Source: an uncultured virus (IMG/VR IMGVR_UViG_3300000116_000009) (taxonomy: Duplodnaviria; Heunggongvirae; Uroviricota; Caudoviricetes). From it: 60,622 nucleotides of DNA. Below, in pieces: positions 38,432 through 46,682 of the stretch. The notes under the pieces are model-generated. The model did not search any database. It was not told the origin of the DNA and saw only the letters and a program-made list of their open reading frames with translations. The position numbers and the translations under genes are program-made. How positions within the stretch are numbered: position 1 is the first letter of the stretch; each line of letters starts with the position of its first letter. Location: the IMG/VR virus record IMGVR_UViG_3300000116_000009, one strand, 5' to 3'.

Positions 38432-40105
38432 ATGGCTACAATAAGCACCTCAGGAATAGCGAGTGGAAGTATAATTCGTGCAGAACAAGTTCTAAGGATA
38501 ATCGAAGCACTTGATGGTACTGACAATAATGACATAATTGTATCAGGTTCTGTTGATATTACAGGAAGTTTTGGTATAAGAAGTGGTAGTATAACTAATT
38601 CCCCTAGTGCCCCATTCATGCTCTCGTATGATACAGGTAGTGGTGCAGTAAATTTTACTCAAAGAAATTCAACTTCTGGTACATCTGGTACATCTGGTAC
38701 ATCTGGAACTTCAGGTTTATCAGGTACATCAGGTACATCAGGTTCTTCAGGAACTTCCGGTTCTTCAGGTACATCTGGAACTTCTGGTTCATCAGGTACA
38801 TCAGGTACAAATGGTACTTCAGGTACTTCTGGTGCTGATGGAGGAATATATGCTACAACTTCAACTACAAATCAAACTATAGCTCAAGGTTCTTTAACCT
38901 TTGTAGTAGCACCAAATTTAGCTTGGACTATAGGTCAAACCGCAGTTATAGTTTCTGTTGCAGACAATGCTAATTTTATGGCTGGTAAAGTTACTAACTA
39001 TGCTGGAACTAACCTTACAGTAAATGTAACTAGGACAGGTGGAAGTGGAACTGCATCAAGTTGGACAATTAATTTATCAGGAGATATAGGACCAGCCGGT
39101 ACTTCAGGTACATCTGGTACAAGTGGTACATCTGGTGTTGATCCTTTTCCATTTACAGGTTCTGCAGATATATCAGGATCATTAAATATTACGGGTAGCG
39201 GGGATTTAGCATTAAGAGTAAGTGGCAGTACAGCATTTACAGGAAGTTTATTTGTAAGTGGAACAGTAAGCGGTTCGTTTATAGGAAATGGATCAGGGTT
39301 AACAGGGGTTGTTTCAGCATCTCATACTACAGCAACAGCATCATTTGCAAATAGAGCTACTTCAGCTTCAATTGCAGATTTTGCTACAACAGCTTCTCAT
39401 GCAAATGGTGGGGATGGAATATTTAGTGGTTCCTTTAGTGGATCATATCAAGGAGATGGATCTTTATTAACAGGATTAGCTGAAGGCTTTCCATTTACAG
39501 GTTCAGCCGCAATATCAGGAACATTATTAATAACAGGAAGTACAGGGTTAGCATTAAGAGTAAGTGGCAGTACAGCATTAACAGGTAGTTTACTTATTAG
39601 TGGTAGTACAACATTATCAGGAAGTCTTAACATTGCTACTTCTAGTATTGTTCAAAATAATAATCTTCCAGGTATACTTTCTTATAATACATCTTCAGGA
39701 GTAGTATCGTATACTACTGGTAGTTTAGGTGGAGGTGGTGGTGCTTTTCCATTTAGTGGTTCTGCACAAATTACAGGTTCATTATCAGTAACAGGATCCG
39801 CATTTGTAACATCATTAACAGAAACATCAGCATTAAGGTTTAAAAATAATATTGAAGGCATGTCCGATGAATTAGGAAATGTTTATAAATTAAGACCTGT
39901 CGATTTTGAATGGAAAGATAGTGGAGATCATGACAAAGGACTAATAGCAGAAGAAGTAAATTTAATATATCCCGAATTTGTATCATTAAATATAGATGGA
40001 ACAATGCAAGGAATTAAATATAGTAAATTAATTTCTGTATTAATAAAAAGTATACAAGAATTAAAAGACGAAGTAGATTCACTTAAGTCTAAAATAGATG
40101 GCTAA
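38432..40105 (+). CDS. Tail fibre with GTS tracts and C-terminal peptidase S74 chaperone
   Basis: TSALRFKNNI, LRPV.F.W, GLIAEEV, Y.KL..VLIK.IQEL. Confidence 0.8.
   Translation: MATISTSGIASGSIIRAEQVLRIIEALDGTDNNDIIVSGSVDITGSFGIRSGSITNSPSAPFMLSYDTGSGAVNFTQRNSTSGTSGTSGTSGTSGLSGTSGTSGSSGTSGSSGTSGTSGSSGTSGTNGTSGTSGADGGIYATTSTTNQTIAQGSLTFVVAPNLAWTIGQTAVIVSVADNANFMAGKVTNYAGTNLTVNVTRTGGSGTASSWTINLSGDIGPAGTSGTSGTSGTSGVDPFPFTGSADISGSLNITGSGDLALRVSGSTAFTGSLFVSGTVSGSFIGNGSGLTGVVSASHTTATASFANRATSASIADFATTASHANGGDGIFSGSFSGSYQGDGSLLTGLAEGFPFTGSAAISGTLLITGSTGLALRVSGSTALTGSLLISGSTTLSGSLNIATSSIVQNNNLPGILSYNTSSGVVSYTTGSLGGGGGAFPFSGSAQITGSLSVTGSAFVTSLTETSALRFKNNIEGMSDELGNVYKLRPVDFEWKDSGDHDKGLIAEEVNLIYPEFVSLNIDGTMQGIKYSKLISVLIKSIQELKDEVDSLKSKIDG
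38675..38833 (+). repeat. (SGT)n collagen-like tract
   Basis: tctggtaca-type 9-mers; a shorter tract at about 39098-39136. Confidence 0.9.
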
Positions 40106-40475
40106 AAATATAAGAATAGTACCGGCATCTGGTTCTATATTTCTTAAAGCAGATAGTTTTGATATAACGGGTTCCATAAGATTACAAACTGTAGGTAGTA
40201 CTGAAGATGTACAATTTATAAATGGTGAAACTAATGAATCAATTATGTTAATCCAAAAAAATGCTTCTAGAGTAGGTATAGGAACAGTATCCGCATCAGC
40301 AAAATTAGAAATTTCATCTTCATTAAGTGAAAATGTTTTTTTAGCAGGTAATGCTAGTGCAAGTATAACAATTAACAATGAAGGAATCCTAAAACTTTCT
40401 GAATATGAAGGAACTCCAACCCTAACCAGTGGTGGGTTATATTATAGTTCTTCTCAATTCTTTGTAGGAATTTAA
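40098..40475 (+). CDS. Small fibre-associated protein
   Basis: RVGIGT...AKLEI beta-fibre motif. Confidence 0.65.
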   Translation: MAKNIRIVPASGSIFLKADSFDITGSIRLQTVGSTEDVQFINGETNESIMLIQKNASRVGIGTVSASAKLEISSSLSENVFLAGNASASITINNEGILKLSEYEGTPTLTSGGLYYSSSQFFVGI

Positions 40476-40505
40476 ATATTTATAATAAATTAAAATTACA
40501 TTAAT

Positions 40506-41585
40506 ATGGCAGCGTGGAGAAAAATAATAGTATCTGGATCTAATGCAGAGTTAAGCTCAGTTACAGGTTCATTTACAGGTTCATTTACAGGAACAGTAGA
40601 AGGAACAATAGCATCATCTTCTGTTTCAATAAATGCTCAAACAGCATCAGTTGCTCTAAGAGCAAATGCTTTAGCTCCAACAGTAACAGCTACATCAGCT
40701 TCAACAGCTGTAAATGCTCAAACAGCTTCAGTTGCTTTACGTGCAAACGCTTTAGCACCTACCGTAACCGCTACCTCAGCTTCTGTAGCTGCAAGAGCAA
40801 CAACTTTATCCCCTGCCGCAACGGCATCATTTGCAGATTTAGCTTCAGATGCTAGGACAGCAACAAGTGCTTCAATTGCAGCTCTAGCTTCAACATTAAG
40901 TTCAACAGCAACTGCAAGTATTGCTGATACAGCTACAAGTGCTTCACGTGCTGCAAGTGGTGATGGATTATTTAGTGGATCATTTAGTGGTTCATTCCAA
41001 GGTGATGGATCAGATTTAACAGGACTTGCTACTACTTTAACTGTAGATGGTGATAGTGGAACCCAAGATGTATCTTTAACAGCAGATGATTTACAAATTC
41101 TTGGTACTGCAAATGAAATAACAACAGCAATAACTAAAGTTGGTAATGATGTAAAAGCAACTCTTAGTTTACCTGATGATGTTACAATCGGTCAAGATAT
41201 TACAATTTCTAGAAATGCTTCTGTTGGAGGTAATTTAATAGTAAATGGATCAATAGTTAGTGCATCTTCTTTGGCAGTTGCAGATCAGTTTATTATATTA
41301 GCGTCTGGCTCAAATGGTGCTATTGATGGTGGTATTATTATTAATCAAATAGACGATGATCCAGATGGTAAAGGACAAGCTTTTGCTTATGATTCTAGTG
41401 CAAATAGATGGGCACTTGAAACAGGATTAAACGATAGTGCTTCAGTAATTACTCCTGATGCATTTATGGGTGTAATTCAAGAAGGAACATCAGCTCCAAG
41501 TACAGCTCCAGTATATGGTGCAGCAAATGGATTTGGTACAGTATTTGTAAATAGTAATGACGGAAATATATATATTTGGTCATAA
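40506..41585 (+). CDS. Fibre protein with Ala/Ser/Thr repeats
   Basis: A..A..A repeats including a 27-aa duplication; N-terminus paralogous to 41922. Confidence 0.7.
   Translation: MAAWRKIIVSGSNAELSSVTGSFTGSFTGTVEGTIASSSVSINAQTASVALRANALAPTVTATSASTAVNAQTASVALRANALAPTVTATSASVAARATTLSPAATASFADLASDARTATSASIAALASTLSSTATASIADTATSASRAASGDGLFSGSFSGSFQGDGSDLTGLATTLTVDGDSGTQDVSLTADDLQILGTANEITTAITKVGNDVKATLSLPDDVTIGQDITISRNASVGGNLIVNGSIVSASSLAVADQFIILASGSNGAIDGGIIINQIDDDPDGKGQAFAYDSSANRWALETGLNDSASVITPDAFMGVIQEGTSAPSTAPVYGAANGFGTVFVNSNDGNIYIWS
40632..40784 (+). repeat. 81-nt-period duplication (NAQTASVALRANALAPTVTATSAS x2)
   Basis: Copies start at 40632 and 40713. Confidence 0.85.
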
Positions 41586-41604
41586 TAAAATGTTTAAAAT
41601 AGTT

Positions 41605-41823
41605 ATGGGGTTAATTGATAAAATTAATAAAAACAACCAAGAAAAGTTAATAAAGGAAATTCCCAAAAATGATATTGAAGATATATTATTAAATAATGAT
41701 GAATTAACGTTCATGTTAAAAATAATAAAAGATTCAACATTTAAAGGAGAACAAATAGAAGTTATATATAACTTAACTTGGAAAATCCAACAAGCATTAT
41801 TATCTTTAAGAGATAACAAGTAA
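41605..41823 (+). CDS. Small hypothetical protein (possible fibre chaperone)
   Basis: ATG 41605 in GTTATG context preferred over 41557. Confidence 0.6.
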   Translation: MGLIDKINKNNQEKLIKEIPKNDIEDILLNNDELTFMLKIIKDSTFKGEQIEVIYNLTWKIQQALLSLRDNK

Positions 41824-41860
41824 TTATTTTTTTTCGTAGATTTAAAATATTTATACTTGA

Positions 41861-41913
41861 TATTATTGGCCCGTAAGGGAAGTGGACAGGCAATCCTGTA
41901 GCCAACCATAATA
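41861..41913 (+). ncRNA. Candidate structured leader RNA (multi-stem junction)
   Basis: TTGG/CCAA closing stem, CCC-GTAA-GGG GNRA hairpin, ACAGG-CAAT-CCTGT hairpin; GC-rich island. Confidence 0.45.
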
Positions 41914-41921
41914 AAAAATAA

Positions 41922-42227
41922 ATGCCTAACTGGAAAAAACTTATTGTTAGTGGTTCTGATGCCACTCTAAATTCTCTTGAAGTAGGTTCTGCTACTATTA
42001 GTAGTGGTGCTATGACGGGATCTTTTACAGGTTCATACGCAGGTGATGGTTCATCTTTAACAGGCATTTCAGCAGGCTCTCCATCCTTTTTTGGTAATTT
42101 CCAAGATATCACAAGTAATATCACAATCCCAATAGCTTATTATTCTAAAATGTTCGGTCCATTGACTGTTAATGCAGAAATAATAGTAGGAGCGGGTTCA
42201 ATTTTAGTAATAGAGGATTTAGAATAA
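41922..42227 (+). CDS. Small fibre-associated protein
   Basis: MPNWKKLIVSGS; GS(F/Y).GDGS.LTG motif; GPLTV...I.VG.GS C-terminus. Confidence 0.65.
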   Translation: MPNWKKLIVSGSDATLNSLEVGSATISSGAMTGSFTGSYAGDGSSLTGISAGSPSFFGNFQDITSNITIPIAYYSKMFGPLTVNAEIIVGAGSILVIEDLE

Positions 42228-42242
42228 AAATATTTATAAACG

Positions 42243-42923
42243 ATGAGTATATTAAAAGTAGGTAGCATATCACCAAATTCAGGAGCCAAAGTAAATATCA
42301 CTGGTAGTACTTTACTAGTAACAACAGCAAGTGGTCACTTTAGTGGTTCATATTCAGGTGATGGGTCAGGATTAACTGGCGTATCAGGGTTCCCTTTTAC
42401 AGGATCAGCAGCTACAGTATCCGGATCTTTAATTGTTACAGGTAGTACAGCATTAGCATTTAGAGTTAGTGGTAGTTCAACGTTTACAGGTAGTGTATTT
42501 GTTAGTGGTACCGTAAGCGGTTCATTTATAGGTGATGGTTCAGGCCTATCAGGTATATCATCAGCACCCTTTCCATTTTCAGGATCTGCAGAAATAACAG
42601 GATCATTAAATGTAACTGGATCTGCTTTTGTAACTTCATTAACAGAAACATCAGCATTAAGATATAAAAAATCTGTTAAATCCCTAAAAAAACAATCTAC
42701 TAATGTTTATAAACTAAGACCTGTTCATTTTGAATGGAAGAATAATAGTAAAGGAGATATAGGGTTAATAGCGGAGGAAGTACAAAAAATCTACCCCGAA
42801 TTAGTTTCTATGGGTATAGACGGACAAGCAGAAGGTATAAGTTATACTAAATTAACCTCTGTACTAATTAAAACAGTTCAGGAATTAAGTGCTCGTATAG
42901 ATAAATTAGAAAAGAAAAAATAA
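42243..42923 (+). CDS. Short fibre with peptidase S74 chaperone
   Basis: TSALRYKK, LRPVHFEW, GLIAEEV; paralogous to the 38432 C-terminus. Confidence 0.75.
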   Translation: MSILKVGSISPNSGAKVNITGSTLLVTTASGHFSGSYSGDGSGLTGVSGFPFTGSAATVSGSLIVTGSTALAFRVSGSSTFTGSVFVSGTVSGSFIGDGSGLSGISSAPFPFSGSAEITGSLNVTGSAFVTSLTETSALRYKKSVKSLKKQSTNVYKLRPVHFEWKNNSKGDIGLIAEEVQKIYPELVSMGIDGQAEGISYTKLTSVLIKTVQELSARIDKLEKKK

Positions 42924-42935
42924 ATAAAAAAAGTT

Positions 42936-43193
42936 ATGGCAATTCAACAAACAAAGATTACAGAAGAAGAGTTAAAAGAGTTAGAAAATTTTCAACAAAC
43001 TATTAATGCAATAACCTATCAATTAGGTCAATTATCATTAAGAAAGTTAAATTTAGAATCCGAAGAAAATAATCTAAAAACCCAATATTCCGACTTATTA
43101 TTAACAGAAAGAAAATTAGGTGATAAATTAAAAGAAAAATACGGTGATTCGCAAATAGATTTAAAAACCGGTGAATTAATACAATCAGAATAA
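42936..43193 (+). CDS. Small coiled-coil protein
   Basis: LGQL...L.EKYG...IDLKTGE motif. Confidence 0.65.
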   Translation: MAIQQTKITEEELKELENFQQTINAITYQLGQLSLRKLNLESEENNLKTQYSDLLLTERKLGDKLKEKYGDSQIDLKTGELIQSE

Positions 43194-43248
43194 TATTCTT
43201 TAAACTTCCTTATATATTTATTAATAGACAAAATAATTCAATAAAAAA

Positions 43249-45006
43249 ATGGCTGAAACTTTACTTTCCCCAGGAATATTAACACGTGAAAATGATCAAA
43301 CGTTAATAACACAGGGTCCTATAACCGCAGGTACCGCTATATTAGGTCCTACAATTAAAGGCCCCGTTGGTATACCAACGTTAGTAACTTCCTATAGTGA
43401 CTATAAAAGTGTATTTGGTGCTGCATTTGAAAGTGCTAGTGTTACTTATGAATACTTAACTTCAATTGCTGCTAATAATTATTTCCAACAAGGTGGAGAA
43501 ACAATGCTTGTTACTAGAATAGTTTCAGGTACGTTTTTACCATCAATTGGTCAAATTGCTGCTTTAGGTACAGGTTCTGGAGATTATACGACAGCTTCAT
43601 TTACATTAGAAACTTTATCTCAAGGAGAGATAATGAACAACTCCGGTAGTGTTTCTACTAGTGGATCATTATTAAGCGGATCAGGAGATAATGTTAGATT
43701 TGAAATAGCAAATGTTGATTCAGGAAGTGGGCAATTTAATTTATTGATTCGTCAAGGAAATGACACTAATGCTAACAAAATTATATTAGAATCTTGGTCA
43801 GGTTTGTCTTTAGATCCAAATTCTAATAACTATATAGAAAGAACAATTGGTAACCAAAGAAAAACATTTTCTACTTTAGACGGTGGCCAAATCAATGTTA
43901 CAGGATCATTTATAAACAATAGTAGATACGTAAGAGTATCTGCTGTAAATAGTCCTACATTTAATTATTTTGATAACGAAGGTAATTTTAAACCAGAATT
44001 TACATCATCTTTACCAAAAATAGGTAGTGGTAGTTATTTAAACCACCTACAAGAAGGTTCATTTACAGGAGCTAAAGGTAAAGTATATGGAGGTGGAGCT
44101 AATGGAAATACTGCACTCGGAATGTTTGAAAACATTAGTGTAGCAAGTATTCAAGGTTTAGAACCTGCTTATTATACAGCTTCAATTGCTTTATTAGAAA
44201 ATCAAGATGAATACGATTACGAATTATTAGTAGCACCTGGTGTTACAACACAAAATGGAGCCGGAACTGTTACATCATTAATCTCTACAGTTCAAAATAG
44301 AGGAGATGCAATGACAATAATTGATTCTGTAAATTACGGATCAAATATATCAACAGTTGTAACTAACGCAGCAACACAAGATTCAAGTTATGCAGCTACT
44401 TACTGGCCATGGGTTCAAGTATTATCAAACGAAACAGGTAAATTAGTATATGTACCTGCTTCAACAGTAATACCTGGAGTATATGCAACAAATGATAGAT
44501 TAGGAGCTGAATGGTTCGCACCCGCTGGATTCAATAGAGGTGGTGTTGGTGGAACAATTCAAGCAGAAAGAAAATTATCTCCAACTAATAGAGATACTTT
44601 ATATCTAGGAAAAGTTAATCCAATAGCAACATTCCCAGGACAAGGACCAGTAATATTTGGTCAGAAAACACTACAATCTAAAGCAACATCTCTAGATAGA
44701 GTAAATGTTCGTAGATTGTTAATTGAACTGAAACGTGTAATTGGAAATGTAGCAGAAGGATTATTATTTGAACAAAATACCTCGGCTACAAGAAATAGAT
44801 TCATAAATCAGGTTAATCCTTATTTAGAATCAGTACAACAAAGACAAGGATTATATGCCTATAGAGTGCAAATGGATGCAGCTAACAATACAGCTGATGT
44901 AATTGACAGAAATCAAATGGTAGGCCAGATATTTATCCAACCAACTAGAACAGCTGAATTTATCATCTTAGACTTTAACATTACTCCAACGGGAGTAGAG
45001 TTTTAA
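43249..45006 (+). CDS. Tail sheath protein (gp18-like)
   Basis: SPG..TRE.D, YWPWV, WFAPAGFNRG, VNPIA.FPG, GQKTL, DRVNVRRLLI, LFEQN. Confidence 0.95.
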   Translation: MAETLLSPGILTRENDQTLITQGPITAGTAILGPTIKGPVGIPTLVTSYSDYKSVFGAAFESASVTYEYLTSIAANNYFQQGGETMLVTRIVSGTFLPSIGQIAALGTGSGDYTTASFTLETLSQGEIMNNSGSVSTSGSLLSGSGDNVRFEIANVDSGSGQFNLLIRQGNDTNANKIILESWSGLSLDPNSNNYIERTIGNQRKTFSTLDGGQINVTGSFINNSRYVRVSAVNSPTFNYFDNEGNFKPEFTSSLPKIGSGSYLNHLQEGSFTGAKGKVYGGGANGNTALGMFENISVASIQGLEPAYYTASIALLENQDEYDYELLVAPGVTTQNGAGTVTSLISTVQNRGDAMTIIDSVNYGSNISTVVTNAATQDSSYAATYWPWVQVLSNETGKLVYVPASTVIPGVYATNDRLGAEWFAPAGFNRGGVGGTIQAERKLSPTNRDTLYLGKVNPIATFPGQGPVIFGQKTLQSKATSLDRVNVRRLLIELKRVIGNVAEGLLFEQNTSATRNRFINQVNPYLESVQQRQGLYAYRVQMDAANNTADVIDRNQMVGQIFIQPTRTAEFIILDFNITPTGVEF

Positions 45007-45047
45007 AAAAACTAAATAGACAATATTTATAATAAACAGAAAATAAC

Positions 45048-45533
45048 ATGGCAGTAATAGATCCAAACGAAATAATGTTCACCGCATTCGAACCTAAAGT
45101 ACAAAACAGGTTTATAATGTATATTGATGGATTACCATCTTATTTAATAAAATCAGCGACAGCTCCGGGATATGAAGCAGGTGAAATCATATTGGACCAC
45201 ATCAACGTTTACCGTAAGGTAAAGGGTAAAGTACGTTGGAATGACATGACAATCGGTCTATATGATCCCGTAACTCCATCAGGTGCTCAGGCAGTAATGG
45301 AATGGGCTCGTTTAGCACACGAATCAGTAACCGGAAGAGATGGTTATTCTGATTTTTATAAAAAAGATTTAACATTAGACATCCTAGGACCTGTTGGCGA
45401 TATCGTCGGAGAATGGGTAATTAAAGGAGCTTATGTTAAAAACGCAACATTTGGAGAATACGATTGGGCTAATGAAGCCGCAATTGATTTAAGTTTAACT
45501 CTTGCAATGGATTATTGTATATTAAACTTCTAA
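45048..45533 (+). CDS. Tail tube protein (gp19-like)
   Basis: FEPK.QNRF, W...T..LYDP, YKKD.TL..L.P.G. Confidence 0.9.
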   Translation: MAVIDPNEIMFTAFEPKVQNRFIMYIDGLPSYLIKSATAPGYEAGEIILDHINVYRKVKGKVRWNDMTIGLYDPVTPSGAQAVMEWARLAHESVTGRDGYSDFYKKDLTLDILGPVGDIVGEWVIKGAYVKNATFGEYDWANEAAIDLSLTLAMDYCILNF

Positions 45534-45562
45534 TAACTTTTTACCCCTCCTACCCCTGGATT

Positions 45563-45593
45563 AGGTGCTCTTTTGAGCACCTTTTCCTTTTTT
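45563..45593 (+). terminator. Rho-independent terminator after the tail tube gene
   Basis: AGGTGCTC-TTTT-GAGCACCT then T-rich tail. Confidence 0.85.
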
Positions 45594-45625
45594 ATATATT
45601 TATATCCACAAAATATAGTTATTAA

Positions 45626-46393
45626 ATGGAAAACGTTACAGAAAAATCAAAATTTAAGTTTCCTACAGAGGTAGTTGATCTACCTTCCAAAGGATTAATT
45701 TATCCTAAAGATAACCCCTTATCATCAGGTAAAATTGAGATGAAGTATATGACGGCTAGAGAGGAAGATATCCTAACTAACCAAAATTATATTTCAAAAG
45801 GAATAGTTTTAGATAAACTTCTTGAATCATTAATTGTATCTAAAGTTGATTATAAGGATATTATAATAGGAGATAAAAATGCATTATTAATTGCATCTCG
45901 CGTATTAGGATATGGTAAAGATTATAGTTTTAGAGCTCAAAGTAAAATTACTAATAAAATAGAAGATTTTACTATTGATTTAACTACTTTAAATGACAAA
46001 GAATTAAAAAAGAAAGATTTAAAAGAAGTTGGTATTAATGAATTTGAATATACATTACCAACTACTAATAAATTAATTACATTTAAATTATTAACTCATG
46101 GAGATGAGGTATCTATTGCTAAAGAAGTAGCAGGTCAAAACAAAATTAGACCCGGTTCAAACCCTGAAATATCTACTAGGTTAAAATATATTATAACTTC
46201 TATTGATGGAGATAGTGATAAAAAAACTATTAGGGAATTTGTAGATAATTATATGTTAGCTAAAGATTCTAGATCATTAAGAGAAGAAATTAAAAGAATA
46301 TCACCAGATGTTGAGTTAAAGTATCACGGGGAAGATGGCGAGGAGGACATCAACATCCCCATAGGTCTTAACTTTTTTTGGCCTGACGCCTAA
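45626..46393 (+). CDS. gp26-like baseplate hub/tail assembly chaperone
   Basis: LPSKG..Y, MTAREEDIL, ends NFFWPDA; lies between tube and tape measure. Confidence 0.75.
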   Translation: MENVTEKSKFKFPTEVVDLPSKGLIYPKDNPLSSGKIEMKYMTAREEDILTNQNYISKGIVLDKLLESLIVSKVDYKDIIIGDKNALLIASRVLGYGKDYSFRAQSKITNKIEDFTIDLTTLNDKELKKKDLKEVGINEFEYTLPTTNKLITFKLLTHGDEVSIAKEVAGQNKIRPGSNPEISTRLKYIITSIDGDSDKKTIREFVDNYMLAKDSRSLREEIKRISPDVELKYHGEDGEEDINIPIGLNFFWPDA

Positions 46394-46646
46394 TTATAGG
46401 CAAAATTTATTTAGTCAAATGCATGAAATTGTGTTCCATGGTAATGGTGGTTATGATTGGCATACCTTATATGATATGCCTATTTGGTTAAGAAATTTTA
46501 CTTTTAAAAAAATAGAGGAATTTTATAAAAAACAAGAAGAAGCTCAAAACAAAAACTCTAATACATTAAAAAATCCAAAAGAAATATCAAGACCTGATAT
46601 AAACCCCAGTAATGTATATAATGCAACGGTGCCTACTAAAAAGTAG
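46374..46646 (+). CDS. Downstream chaperone ORF (gp51-like), probably reached by a frameshift at T7
   Basis: Frame open from the T-run (FFGLTPNYRQNLFSQMHE...YDMPIWLRNF); first ATG at 46419. Confidence 0.6.
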   Translation, partial: FFGLTPNYRQNLFSQMHEIVFHGNGGYDWHTLYDMPIWLRNFTFKKIEEFYKKQEEAQNKNSNTLKNPKEISRPDINPSNVYNATVPTKK

Positions 46647-46654
46647 GCACTTTT
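46629..46654 (+). terminator. Rho-independent terminator
   Basis: GTGCCTACT-AAAA-AGTAGGCAC-TTTT. Confidence 0.75.
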
Positions 46655-46682
46655 CATATTTATATTAGAGAAACCCTATATA

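Noticed and set aside
33025..39136. Tandem 9-nt repeats as a CRISPR array or DGR template/variable repeat
   Set aside because: In-frame coding repeats with synonymous variation; no spacers, no adenine-specific mismatch pattern seen, and no cas or reverse transcriptase gene in the window
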